Shown here: one piece after another, positions 39,571 through 52,780 of the stretch
Layout of the letters: each line of letters opens with the position of its first letter
Position numbering within the stretch: position 1 is the first letter of the stretch
Origin: Podarcis melisellensis
Lineage: Eukaryota
Assembly (NCBI GenBank): GCA_964234715.1
Contig: OZ174286.1
Strand: one strand, 5' to 3'
DNA length: 64,000 bases
Made by a program: the position numbers and the translations under genes
Notes under the pieces: generated by a model
What the model saw: the letters and a program-made list of their open reading frames with translations, nothing else
Databases searched by the model: none
What the model was told of the DNA's origin: nothing

Positions 39571-42500
39571 TTCTTCGTTTATTTAATCGATACATTGACT
39601 ACTTTGAATGTGTACTGACTCTTGGACCTATGCACGTCTCTCTTTAATGGGGAAGTAACAAGTACCAAAGATGCTCTAGTCAAATGTCTGCATTAATTAG
39701 CTCATCATTTACAGTTTGCATATTAAGAGTAGTTTTCCAAAGTGATTAGTCCCTGTTTGTCTGTGAATGGCAATGGACACATTTTCCTATATCTATTAGA
39801 AAAAGAAAGAAAAGAAACCACAGGCACAAGGGCTATTTTGGTGATTAATATTTCTGTGCTGGCTGAGTAAACTAACATTGTCTCAGTGGGATGGTTCATT
39901 TGAGATTCCTAATGTGAAGTTTTTGGAAATGCGAGTGCTAAACCTTATTGGAACCGGACAGATGTTCTTCAGTACTTTGAGGTCTAATCAGCACAAAAGA
40001 ACCCTGGACGCTCCATGTGAACATTTCCTAAGTATTATACCTGTGCATTTACATTTTGCTTGAACACTTCATCAAGAATTCCTCTTTAAAGAGAGTCTGG
40101 AGAGCCTGTGTTAGTGAATGCTTTTGATTATTACTCCTTGTCCATATAATTTGTTTCCCTCCCCGGTCAAATGAAACGTGCTTCATTTAATCCTGAATAA
40201 GGTGCTCCTCTTTCTCTGGCTGTGTGCAGACACAGGGGACGCTCAGAGAAAGAATGATTTGCTGCTTGTAGTTTGTGCTCTTACACTGTCGGTGCACTTT
40301 GAGTTTTATCATCCTTCGGTAGTACACAATCATCAAATGTAGATGATTCTATAAATAATCATTCTATAAATAGGCAGGAGTAGAAGAAAGTTACAAAAAA
40401 GCTAGTTTAAATTGTGTAGAGAAAATGTATAATATGATTTTAGAGAAGCTTTCTGATGTTCCTTTTATAAGCCATACAAATGCTATTATTTTCCTGCATC
40501 TTTTAAATATGTAAAAGTTTAAAATACTTACGTTAGAGCCCTTTAATTCTAGAAATCTAAAAGATGAGTCTGTTAATGGGGCTCAGTTCTTGCCTATCAG
40601 ATGTGTCTGAAATGGCATTTACTTTACATAAGGAATATTTTGAAATCTTTAGTTTAATATAGAAGATGTCATTAATTTTGGCTTGGATGTAGCATATTCT
40701 TGTCTTGCTTCACACATGAAAGCACTTATCTATATGTAAGAATTTCAGGGAAACTACAAAATATATCTAAACGTGGGATTTAATATTCTTGTTTTTACAC
40801 TGTGTGTATGCCTGCCAGGCACAAGTGTGTATCTTTGAGTATCTGTGTGTGGTTATTTTTTTATTTGCTTGGGAAAATGTATTAACTGCTTAATCAAATA
40901 GCTTTCTAAATGATGTACATAATAAAATTGTAGATAAAACACAGTTAAAATCCACAAACTGTTTTCAAATATATATACATAATTATAAAAAAGATAAAAT
41001 CAGTTAAATTAAAAAAATTAATATAGTAACTAAATCATGTGCTTGGATAGGTTTGCTGCAACTAAAAAAAATTTGGCAGGTGTGTAATGCAATGTAGTGA
41101 GGGCATCTTCCTAATTCTATCCTGTGAACACACAAATGCCTTTGAACTGGGATTTGGTAAAGTGAATTGCTCCTCACTTTTTTTCGAGATGTGTGCGATT
41201 AAAAACCTCATCAGTGCATGCTGGTTTAATTGCTTGAGGATGTGCCTAGAACTTTTCTATCCTGGAAGCAGTGTAGAGCTTGTCTACACTGGAAGTTGAA
41301 GTGTATGGTCTCATGGATAAGAATTTTTAGCAAGCTTTTTAAAATTACAAGGTTGTTGTACTGCTAAGAACAAATCTGCAAAATGGCATTTTGTTGCCTG
41401 TATGCCCTTTTTCTTGATCAAAGCTTTTGGAAACTGTCTAAGGAGCTTTTTAGTATAATAGCTGATTTGGTGTCTTTTCTGTGTTTGTGCTTTTTAAATT
41501 ATGTACTGCTAAGTTGATATTAAGCAGTTCCAAGTTTGTGGTGCATATGTAGTCCAATAAAATGGAAAAGTCACACTGGATAATGAAGGGGAAGTCATAT
41601 TTTTAAAACTTTTGTCTATATATCGAAATCACTTTGCAGTCAGAAAACTAGCACTACAGGGAATGAGCAGGATAGATCTTTTTTTCCAGTGGTGTTTTCA
41701 CTTGCGGGAAGTTTTGAACATGAGAGAGCAGTAATCCCCCCCAAAAAAGTTTGAATTGGTGTAGTCCATTGCAGCACAGAATATAGTTTGGGATCTACTG
41801 GTTGCATCTCAGAATGGGCTTCCAGTTCCCAGTGGTTTAACCATAGCAACAATAACAAATCCTTTTTTTTTTACTGCTTTGGTAGTATAAACACTATACC
41901 TTTAAGGCACATTTGAGGCATATTTCCGTCCACAAAGAATTCTGGATACTGGAGTTTGTAAGGGCTGCTGGGAATTTTAACTTTGTAAGGGGTAAGCTAC
42001 GGTGCACAGAATTGTTTGTGCTTTAAAGGTATTCTGTGTGTGCAGCCTAGTGGGCTACTGAAATCTAGGAAGCTTGAATTCTCAGCCTGAGCATGTTCTC
42101 AGAGCACCTTGTGTCATAATTCTGTGTCTGCCTTCCTGAGCCACACTTCACAGCTCTAGTTAGTGGGAAAATGAAGTGCCTCTTGCAAGCCTTAAACCTG
42201 CCCACCCTATCTGTTGTCTTAGGACTCTACCAGAATCTGCTGCATTTAGATGCTGTCAGAATGCGACAGCAGCCACACCCTGGAAAACTGCTTTATCTGG
42301 CTTGCTAAACCAGGTGAAGGTAGCTGATGGGTCTCAATCCCTCAGTGAGTTAGGCTCTGGTGGATTGAGCAGAAAAGACCAGTAGTGGGTCCAACAGTCA
42401 AGAAGGTGGTTTCTGCACATGGCACCAGATGCATTTTGCACCTGGCTGTCAACCACATGTGACCAAGTGAAGATGCACTTGTGCTAGGATGGCGTCTGAG

Positions 42501-42767
42501 GTCTCCACCATCTAGAGTTGCATGCCTGGGGATCCTTGGATCTTTCCTGTTTTCACACACTAACAACACATCCTGTTGAATTCTTTTTGTGGTATTTTAT
42601 CTGCCCCATCAGAACGAATTTCAGGAACCAAAAAGTTGTGTTGAAAAATAAGATTTTCAAGCCATCTGGCCCCACACTGTCAACCAGACAGTCTGTTTTG
42701 GTGACACAAACCCTGGTTTAAGGAGCTATTTGACACCTAGCATATATATCTGAGTTTCTAACACGGC

Positions 42768-43095
42768 TGGGAAGGTAGCCCATCTAAAACCTCTGCTGCC
42801 TTGTGGGATCGCTTCAGGGAAAGAAATGACTAAGAAGTAAATCCTACTCAAATCTGCAGTTGAGTCCCTTTCACACCTCTTTCCAGCAACTCCTGCAGCC
42901 AAACTCGGCTTTCCTTTGGACCACATCAGCGAGGCTGAGGGAGGCGGTGTTGTTGTCTGGGCAGCCCAGGACCTCCATACACACTGCCCAGACTTGTGTT
43001 CCAGGAAGGTAACTTCAGTGCTGCTAAGTCAATAGTTTGACCACCCCTGGAGGCACACTCCATTGTCTCTTGAGACAGATGGATGCCTGCAACAG
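42768..43095 (+). mobile_element. Squamate SINE or RTE-related repeat (tentative)
   Basis: ctttcctttggaccacatcagcgagg...gggcagcccaggacctccatacacactgccca...gagacagatggatgcc, then a CAA-like tail. Recognised from memory as a lizard interspersed repeat. Confidence 0.45.
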
Positions 43096-44816
43096 CAAGA
43101 GGCAAAGCCTCACTTCAACCAGTTGTCTGTAGCTTTTCTTCTTCCATTTCTTTGTTTGGCTTCTCTTTATGTATTGCTTCCCAAGTTGTATATATAGTAA
43201 ATAAACCACTTTTTCCAGAATAAGAATCAGTGGTTGAGAAACCTTTTTAATTTGTGCTAATGTTAAGGAGGTGAATATGGTATGTATTGTATTACAATAC
43301 ATAAATTGGCTAAGAGATTGATGAAAGATTGATACGTGTGTGTCTTTCAGCAGTAGGCAACTGGGGATCACCTGTGGAATTGGGCTAATGCTGGAAACTT
43401 TAGTGCAGTAAATACATGCATGCAGTGGAAAGACTAATGTAACATCAGAACATTAATGCTATTGTGTTATCACCCCCCCCCATTGGCTAGAGAAACAGGG
43501 TGCATAGTTTCTTGGTGTGCTCTTCAGTCTTGGTTCTCTATAATAACACTGTCATTTGTATGCAAAACAGACTAGCTTTGACCATTTTGGGCTAGGAGAA
43601 CTTAACAGTACTACATAGAGGAAACGCTGAAATACTTGAAACTGATGCCTACTGTATTTAGCACCCCTAGCCTTCACATTTAGGCTAGCGTTTGCACAGA
43701 GAGAAGTAGGCAAACAGTATTTTAATGAAAATATGTCATTATCCCATTTGCATTTTGTGTGTCCTTTTCCCTGTAAAGGAATGATCAAATATTGGCAGGG
43801 CCCTTTCAGTATGTTTGATGACAATTGAGGCAGTGTTCAATTCTGAAAAAGCTTTACCAAACTCTTGCTATTCTCCCCCAACACCAAAATTGTAATTTTA
43901 GTAATTATGGTGTTCCCTGTGGTATTGAGTTAACATCCAGTTTTCAATAAAATGATTGTTATCCATTTCTTATTCCATCAAAACTCATTGGCTTTGCCAT
44001 TTATTCTTTCTGTCAGGTAGCTCCAAAAAGTTATCTGAAGGTTTCACTGTTGTTCCTGTATATAATGGAAACGAAATAAATATTTAAATTCTACCCTTCA
44101 GATAGTTTAAAAGCGACAGACGGCTCCAGTCATTCATATGCCCCAGATCTTTGTAGTTGTTATAATTATGTGTTTAAGTAAAGCACCATTTAATTTTTTT
44201 TGCACTGCATCTCCATACAAATAATACCTTTTTAAAATTGAGCATTTCATGGTTTTAAATGGCAAAACAGCTTCTGGAATGTGCTTCTGTTTGATTTCAG
44301 TCAGCCTTCCAGTTTTTGCAAAGTGCAAGCTAAGCTAAGGTTTTGGTGATAGTGACAATGCAGTTGCATGTGTATTAAAATGTAGTTTAATCTTATTTTT
44401 AAGGTATAGAGCCAGCACTAATATCTTTACCTGGGTTAACAAGAAAACTATACCTCTGTTAGAATACACATTTCGCAGCATTTAATGTCCTTAGTTCAGA
44501 TTTGTGCTTTTCCACGATAACTCTTTATATGAAACATTTTGGAAAGGGGATATTGCCACTTGGTGAAGAGCTTGCAGTGTTGCTTGTTTTTATGCTGTGT
44601 AAAGTTCTCAAAATGTAGATTGCAACTATGTTGGCCATAAATTGAGTGCCTTTCTTCCATCCAGTCCCCTAAAAATAGGTTAAAGAAACAAGAAGCCCAA
44701 AATGGATAACATTCAGTTTTAGGATTGGGCCCCAAGAGGGTTCAATTGGGCTGGGCATAAAAAGGTATTGAAATGATTTTTGGGGAGCTTCACTATAAAG
44801 ATGTAAGACAAAAATA

Positions 44817-45102
44817 CAGTGGTGCCTCGCAAGACGAAAATAATTCGTTCCGTGAGTCTCTTCGTCTAGCGGTTTTATCGTCTTGCAAAGCACGGCCATT
44901 AGCGGATTAGCGCTATTAGCGGCTTAGCGGCTTAGAAAAAGAGGGGGGAAGGGAAAAAACTCTCAAGAACTCGCAAGACGTTTTCGTCTTGCGAAGCAAG
45001 CCCATAGGGAAATTCATCTTGCGAAGCACCTCAAAAACAGAAAACTCTTTCGTCTAGCGAGTTTTTCGTCTAGCGAGGCATTCGTCTTGCGGGGCACCAC
45101 TG
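44817..45102. mobile_element. Tc1/mariner (Tigger/pogo-like) MITE
   Basis: TA|CAGTGGTGCCTCGCAAGACGAA ... TTCGTCTTGCGGGGCACCACTG|TA. Internal TCGTCT(T/A)GCG and TTAGCGG subrepeats. Confidence 0.92.
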
Positions 45103-46419
45103 TATATTGTTTTTTTAGATTTTGCTTATGGATAAAATTGTTCCTAATGTGTCTTCAAATTGTTTATCATTTCCCACCCCCATTTAGCCTGTTATCTGAC
45201 TGAAAGATTAGTGACTGGTTATACCCCCATTGTGACAACATTCCTGGTGTAAAACAATACTATGTCTTCCCACCCCACCCCCTGCAAATCTGTCAGCACA
45301 GTTCCTTCCAATTACATGGGCCTTAAAATGGGGTTGTCAGTAACTTGTGGAATTAAGCTAGGTACTGTTTGTTTTATAGCTTATGATCCTAGTAAAATTA
45401 TTAGCTGTAACGCAGGTCAGTCATGAATAGATATCAAAGAAAAAGCACCTTGGCAAAATACAACCAGATTTTAAATTAAAGCTCTTATTTATTCATCCTT
45501 TTTAAGGTTTTGTGTCTGCAAGCCCTTTTGATTTTGTATTTGATTCCTGTCCTTTTGGTTTGTTACTTGGTAAAGTACAGTGTCTTGTGCTATTTGCATT
45601 CATTTTCTTTTCCATATTTATAGAGCAACCAAACACTTTGGGTGGTTTGCAAGTAAAAATCAAAGCAATAAAATGTCCAGAAAAGCATTTACAGTTTTCA
45701 GAAGAAATCATTTGATTTCTCCCAGTGTTTTGTGGCCAGTTGATCTGAAGTGGCTCACAAGTTAGAAGCCTCTCAAATTATATAGAAATAGGTCCAGGGT
45801 TTTTTGTGCAAGAGATATTTAAAATTATGGGGTGTTTGTGGGGGACGGGGGAGGAATTTGCTGTGGTAACTTTGTAGGTTCCAATTCACTAGCCTCATAC
45901 ATGCCCTAGGTTGTACTTCAGCATCCTTCTGCTTAAAAAGAATTGGGATTGGAGAGTTCTGATAAAATCATTACCTCCGATTACAAGGTTGTCCTTTCTC
46001 TTCCCTTCCTTCCTCTACTCTGGCATTTTCAGTGTATGGTAAACTTTACACTATTTTCAGGTTTATCAGATACTTGTGTGCTGTGTTTTTTTTAGGGGTG
46101 TGATCTGAAGTGCCATGAAATGAAGTCCTTAATTTGGGATGGAGAACCTTGGACACATCCAGCTTTGCTGGACTCTTTGAATCCACTGCATGCCGGTACT
46201 AAATAAAATGTTTAATACCAACACTCTGAAGTGGGCGCAGAAACAACTGGAAATAAGTTTTTACACAAAGCATTGTCAATATATGACTGTATCAGACGGT
46301 CCTTGTGGGCAATCTTGCCTCCTCCTCTTAAACGGGATGATGCTTCCAGACCACATCCACATGTACGGTACATTGCAGTAGACCAAGAGGATAAGTGTAG
46401 CTAGGCTGTCTGTCCAATA

Positions 46420-46644
46420 CAGTGGTACCTCTGGTTATGTACTTAATTCGTTCTGGAGGTCCTTCTTAACCTGAAACTGTTCTTAACCTGAAGCACCACT
46501 TTAGCTAATGGGGCCTCCTGCTGCTGCCGTGCCGCCAGAGCACGATTTCTGTTCTCATCCTGAAGCAAAGTTCTTAACCTGAGGTTCTATTTCTGGGTTA
46601 GCGGAGTCTGTAACCTGAAGCGTATGTAACCCGAGGTACCACTG
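46420..46644 (+). mobile_element. Tc1/mariner (Tigger-like) MITE, copy A
   Basis: TA|CAGTGGTACCTC ... GAGGTACCACTG|TA. Confidence 0.92.
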
Positions 46645-46692
46645 TAGAGTTGTAGTTGGTATTGAGTCACAGAGCCCAGATCACCCTCAATA

Positions 46693-46906
46693 CAGTGGTA
46701 CCTCGGGTTACTAACACTTCAGGTTACAAACTCCACTAACCCGGAAGTAGTACCTTGGGTTGAGAACTTTGCCCCAGGATGAGAACAGAAATCGCGCACT
46801 TGCAGCAGGAGGCCCCATTAGCGAAACCGAGCCTCAGATTAAGAACAGATTCGGGTTAAGAACGGACCTCCAGATCAAATTAATTTCATAACCCGAGGTA
46901 CCACTG
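46693..46906 (-). mobile_element. Tc1/mariner (Tigger-like) MITE, copy B, inverted relative to copy A
   Basis: TA|CAGTGGTACCTCGGGTTA ... TAACCCGAGGTACCACTG|TA. Its reverse complement aligns along copy A. Confidence 0.92.
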
Positions 46907-47209
46907 TATATGAATCTGATAAATGATACTTGAAAGCACTCACAAGTGTTTCAGAGAAGTAATATTTATTCAGATGAAACTGGCGATTTGTCCCATCAGC
47001 AGATATTGGCTCAGTATCCAAGGTAATCGGTTGTCATGGGGAGATAAAGAATTTGGGTTTCTCTTGGAGGTTTAATGTTGCCAGCCAGTATCTCTCAGCT
47101 CTGGTTCCTCATCTGTAAAATTGTAATAATAGCCTATATGTGGGGGCTCTTAACAGCTGCTGAGCTTTCTCGGTTTATTTCCCCTATGCAGTCAGTTCAA
47201 GATGACAGT

Positions 47210-47210
<1 letters not shown>

Positions 47211-47252
<42 letters not shown>
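47211..47252. repeat. (TGC)14 / (CTG)13 trinucleotide repeat
   Basis: Read directly from the sequence. Confidence 0.95.
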
Positions 47253-47253
<1 letters not shown>

Positions 47254-50200
47254 CAAGGATAATGCTGGAAGTTGCTGGTCGTTTGGGAAGTTGGGGCCTC
47301 GGATTGATTTATTATCAAGCTATATTTCAGTTGTTATTTTGGGGCATTTCATTGCATAGTCAACACTACGCCTTAAATACATTAACTGAAATGGGAGGTG
47401 TGTATGATATACTTTAAGGAATTATTCACAAGAGATACCATATAAAAATTAATGCTTTAAAATTTACACACTTTTTCTGATATACTTTACATTAATTTTA
47501 AATTACTTATAAACAATATACATTGAAATGTCAGATCTTGGCTCATAGTGCAGTTGCTGATGGTTTTCTGTTGATTCATTGAATCTCCCAACTAACCTAC
47601 TCTGGGAATTTTTAAATTCTTAATCATTAATGCTTACTCACAGATGCAAACATTGTTCTGTCTTTATTGATGGAACAAATTTTACTTTTAGTGTTTGATT
47701 CTGTTGCCACTTATCTGCATGCACATGGACACTTTCTAGCTTCCCGTACGCTCCATTGCATGAGGAGTTGGTGCTAAAAGGGGGGGGGAAATCCTCCATA
47801 CGTACCATGCTCATATAAGTACTTTGCTTATGTGCATGCTTACACAAATGTCCTCTCTGTATCTGGCATTTGTTTGCAACCTAAGAATTAAATAGAGATA
47901 AATTGAACTCACATGTAAAAACTTATCAATAAGATATTGTCAAGAAATAATTATTATGCAAAAAGTGTATTAATAGAAATAATTTATGTACCAAGTAGAT
48001 TTAGATAAACTGAATAATAAGTAGTGGTAAAGATAATGGATGATGTTTTGAATATGATCCTTTAAGTGTAGCCTCTGACCTGGTTTTAAAAAGTAGTCCT
48101 TTTTAAGTAGTGATTTGAAATATTGCCATCTGGCAGTTATATTAGGACAACCTTAATGACTCTCAAAATGAAATTGTTAATTTTGAAGATTTTGGTTTTG
48201 GTGTGTATTCTTGGGTAATACTGGAAGCTTAAAGAAAAAATAAAATAATTAAAGCATTGTTTAAAATACTGCTTTTGTTAGCTAACATAGATCTGCAAGG
48301 CATCTTTTGTATACCAGCTCTACAGGAATTGAAGCTACCGTCAATCATGTAGTCTATTATGAATGTATAGTGATTGATAACTTAATGGTAAACTTCTATA
48401 TGTGTAGTTCTTGAGTGCTGCATTTGTAATTTTCATTAAATGATGAAAATTCAGTAAATGATCTACAAATTGGGAAGTGTCAGAAAGTTACCAGTTCATA
48501 GATATATTTACTTAATTGACTATGCTTGTGTGCTGTATGCAGTTAGGAAGCTGCTGTACTAGCTTCTAGAGTCCAGGGGAAACGAATAGATAAAGGAAAG
48601 GTGAAGCATAAATAGCAGTGTTTCCTGGTTGATCAAACGAATGAATGTTCCCTGGAATTCTAAGTTGCTAAGAGGTTTGCTGGATTTTATGTATTGAGAT
48701 GGGTTAAATAATTGATTGCTGAGGAAATGAAATCCAAGGATTTTAACCAGCAGAGGAGCAAAAGAGGAAATAGGTCTTGGAAGAGGAGCAGGTTAGCCCC
48801 TTCAGAAGAATACAGACATTCCCACAATCATGACCACCACTGCAAGAGGCAAGAGCTACTTTTATGGTTTTAAGCACAGGAGGGATCCAGCTAGCAGCCT
48901 TTCTAGAGATTTGCATCATTCCTGTTGTGGCCCAGTTTTTAGGCATCTAGAAGAGCATGGTCATCATCCCCAAAGTCTCAATTTATTCCCAGTAAATGTA
49001 CCGAGTAATGGAATAATAATGGAATGGCACCCCTGTCAATGCGTTTCCCTTCTGAGCTAGATACTTCTATCATCTCTTAAAACCAGAAGAAGGATGAGTG
49101 GTAAGGGTTCATTAATGCACTTGCTGCTTGCAGGTCCATCTTTTAACATGGCATGTATAATGAGAGGAAGAATGCTCACACTTCCCTCAACTCTGGCAAA
49201 GGGAGAGGTGGCACTGTTTTCTGAATGTCTGCAAGGTTTAATTTTATGGGAACAATCCCTTGCCTTTCCTACCCTTTCCAGCTGTGACCTCCTAGGGCAC
49301 AGAAGTGGTCCTCTCTTCCTTTAAGGTAGATGTAAGCTTTTGGTTGGTTTAACACTTTCTCTGCAAAGTAGAATCAGACTAGTTAGAGGGAGCATTCAAT
49401 TCCAAGGTTCATTTCTGCTTCCTCGCATAATGTCAAGCCATGGTTTTGTGTTGCATCTGAACCATCACATTGGATACAAGATTGCTGATGATATTTTTTA
49501 TGTTTTATGTGTTTACTAGTGGGGATTTTAGTGATTTGCCTTGACTTTTTAAAACATAAAATTACCACACTCTAAACTAACTAGATGGAAAACTGAATTA
49601 TGCATTTTAGAATAAACCGTGAAAATAAACAGGAAATAACATTTCTTTCTCAGGAGTCGAAAGGGCAGTCTTTACAAGTGGAAAAGCACCACCTCCTCTT
49701 CAGGAAGTTCCTTCCTTCCTTATTGGTGCTTTGTTATGGCTTGGAAGCAAGGTTGTATCAGAGTTCTGTGATAATTATTCCACTATTTTTCCTTCTCACC
49801 ACCCCACCCTAAGCACTGTGGCCCTTTCCTCACTGGCCCAATGAGAGATTAGGGTTGGAGGAAACATGGAGGGACCCTTTGTTACAGGGTTTTAGGCCAC
49901 AAAGGAAAGTTCCCACCCAACACTTCCTTTCCCCTGAACTAGGAGGGTTGGGGCTTGACAGTTGAGGCTCTGGATCCATCATATCAAGAGAGGAGTAAGT
50001 GACAGTGGGAAGAGATGGGAAATCTCCTATGGTTGAGATAGGTTATAAAGGCACTTGGTATTGAAATTTGTAAAAGAGGCCCAGGAAAACGGTTGAATTG
50101 ATAGTTTAACATAATCCCTGAACTGAAGTAGAGTTGTCTGTCTGTTTGTTGTAGTGCTTTGCACACTTTGGTGAAAAAGCAATCCGTGTTTCTTAACGTG

Positions 50201-51412
50201 TAGATTCTCAAATATATGGTGGGAAAAATAGGATGTGAACCATTTTGCTGAAAATCAGAATTAAGAATGGAAGGAAGATGATGCAGTGTTGATAGATTGC
50301 AATGTTTACCATAAACAATGTAAAGTTTTCTATCACTTTTTAAAGACTTGTTTCAGTTGTATTCCATTGTGGAAATTGGTAGGAAAATGCAAAGATATAT
50401 TTAAGTACTTGGCACAAGAGTTGTAGCTGCTTTACTAAATCCTTTTGCTAAGTCACACTTGGGAATTAACAAATTATGAATGTAAGTTTTTATAGCCTAA
50501 GAAGTGTGAAGAACAGTTGGAAGTCCTTGTGCGATACTTTCAAGTACACATGTTGTACAGAAGTTAATTTTTTTAAGACATAGGACGGCACTATTAAAAG
50601 CTTGACTCCTTACAAGCATGGGGAAGTTGGCAGGTCATGTGCAAGCAGCCTTCTTCAACCTGGTTCCCTCCAGAGTAAAAACAGTATTCAAAATATCTGG
50701 AGGGTACCAGGTTTAGAAATGCTGCTGTTCAATTTTCCTTCCATGTGTTGGCCTCATTTTCACATCTAATTTTCATGAAGGAAGATACAACTTTTCTACT
50801 TGCATTCCATCTTGTATGGAATCCCCCCCCCCCCCCCCGTTGCTTGGTTTTACTATAGAATAGTGTGGCTGGTATATTTTAGCTCTTAGCCAATATGGTT
50901 CAGAAGAAAAACATAGTTCCATGTACCCAAGGGAGGTTGTGGTTTTTGTTTTTTGAACACCAGGCCACCTAGGAAGACACTTTTGAAATTCAACCAAAAG
51001 TGGTTGTTATGGGCAAGGGTCTACTTATTGAAAGGGGGGAAATCGCACTGGGCGTGTTCCAAACCCTTGGACATGTCTAAAATAGCTCTTTTGATCTTAG
51101 CCATGTTGTGCTAGTCATAATTCATCAAACAAAATGGTTTGCGTGTGCCCAGCAGTATGTCAGTTTTTGTTTTGCATGTTTCTGGAAAGTTGTCTTTCAG
51201 TACAGTCATACTCCAGTGGTGGCTAATCTGTGGCCCTTCAGATGATGTTGGACTTGGTCTTCCATCATCCCTAGACAGCATTACCAGCATAGAGAACTCC
51301 AGGTATACATGTGTACTCCATTAGCCTATTGAGTTCAGTGAGATTTACTGTAAAAGTGTAGACTGCTAACCTTTCTGGCCTCACAGACACATTTGGGATA
51401 TTAGGAGGACCT

Positions 51413-51523
51413 AGCTACAAACATGAGCCTGACCAAACTGCGGGAGGCGGTGGAAGACAGGAGTGCCTGGCGTGCTCTGGTCCATGGGGTCACGAAGAGT
51501 CGGAAACGACTAAACAACAGCAA
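51413..51523 (+). mobile_element. RTE/BovB LINE 3' end
   Basis: Encodes MSLTKLREAVEDRSAWRALVHGVTKSRKRLN, a typical BovB/RTE ORF C-terminus, followed by a CAA-type tail. Confidence 0.85.
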
Positions 51524-52709
51524 TGCCTCAGATCTGTTTTTGCACCATGGCAGTACTGAGCTGATCAGGGGTTTAATGGTTCAGCCAGTGGAGACAGATG
51601 TAATCTATTATTTGATTGGGTGAAGGATAGCTTATGCAGTTTCAAGAGCATCCATTTTATGAGAGCTGATGTGATTGTGCATTTGCATCCTTTCTGACAC
51701 ACTGTCCTTCTCGTCCTGTGGTACTCCATTCCTGTCTCTCCACCTATTGCTCCCTTCCCAGTCTTACCAGATCAGTCTTATTTTCTTCCTGCCCTCTCAG
51801 TCATTCTGCATTCAGATTTAGCTGCTCGGATGCCAGTCAGCGCCTTGATAAAGCAGTTATGGAAGAGGAAGTGGGAGAGAGCATCACTCTTCTAGCTTCC
51901 TCCTTCAACCTTATGTGCAATATTAGCTACCTAATATTGAAACTAGAAGGCTAGTAAAGAAGGTGGAAATTCTTAAAATAACCGTGTGAAATTTGTCCTA
52001 GCTGCTTTTGATCTTGGCATCTAAAAATACTTGTGTGGAAGAAAACTGCTATATTGTGTTTATTTTTGAAAGGACATTTACAACACTATCACATGTATGT
52101 TTATTGAGAACTAAATTCTACTGTGTGCTGTAGGGCTTGCTACCAAAAAGAGGTGTGAAGGCTCAGGAGGAAAAAAACAGCAGTGGGGAGAAGTACCCCA
52201 TGTCTTTTCTGAGACTTCTCCAACTTTTTCAATTGAAAAAATTGGAAATTTATGGGGATTGCTGTTGTTGTTGTTTAAAAAAACGAGAACCTGCCTGTTC
52301 TCTGGCAAGCAGGAATTATATTTATTGCCTTTTAAGAATAATGCACGATGCAAGCTCCCACTTGAATGGGTTTAAGTGGAAGCAATTCCTTCAGAAAGCA
52401 GGCTTGCATTCAGCAATAGTGAGTTGGTTGGTGCTTATTGCTGGGATTGGCAGCACTCAAGAGTTCCCTATCAGGAGCTCCCAAGTGCAAGCCCCAATTT
52501 TGGCAGGAATCTTCTTTTTAGCAAGGAGAACTGCTGTTTTGCATGTGCTGTATGAAGCTGTGCGTGCAAGGGAAGAAAGAAAAGAATCAAGAGCATGTTT
52601 AGAATGTGCCCTGATTCTTTGCTTTTGAAATTGGACCACCTGACATCATGGTGACATCAGGTGATTGACAGGTGCATCACCGTCAGGGGGGTGTATTGTG
52701 GATATTATA

Positions 52710-52780
52710 TTCCAACCACCGACCTTCTGATTGGCAAGCCCTAGGCTCTGTGGTTTAGACCACAGCGCCACCCGCGTCCC
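52710..52780 (-). mobile_element. Sauria SINE 5' fragment
   Basis: Reverse complement GGGACGCGGGTGGCGCTGTGGTCTAAACCACAGAGCCTAGGGCTTGCCAATCAGAAGG matches the head of 57279-57642. Confidence 0.85.

Noticed and set aside
39690-39725. Homeobox/octamer-like motifs (TTAATTA, GTTTGCAT) as an intronic enhancer
   Set aside because: Short AT-rich motifs are expected by chance. This cannot be supported without conservation data.
47075-47417. Poly-Leu and poly-Cys ORFs
   Set aside because: They are translations of the CTG microsatellite.
48438-48490. Possible C/D box snoRNA (ATGATGA); similar boxes near 32546 and 54685
   Set aside because: No suitably placed CTGA D box with a terminal stem was found.
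52137-52628. 163-aa ORF in intron 2
   Set aside because: Non-ATG start, low-complexity segments, no recognisable homology.
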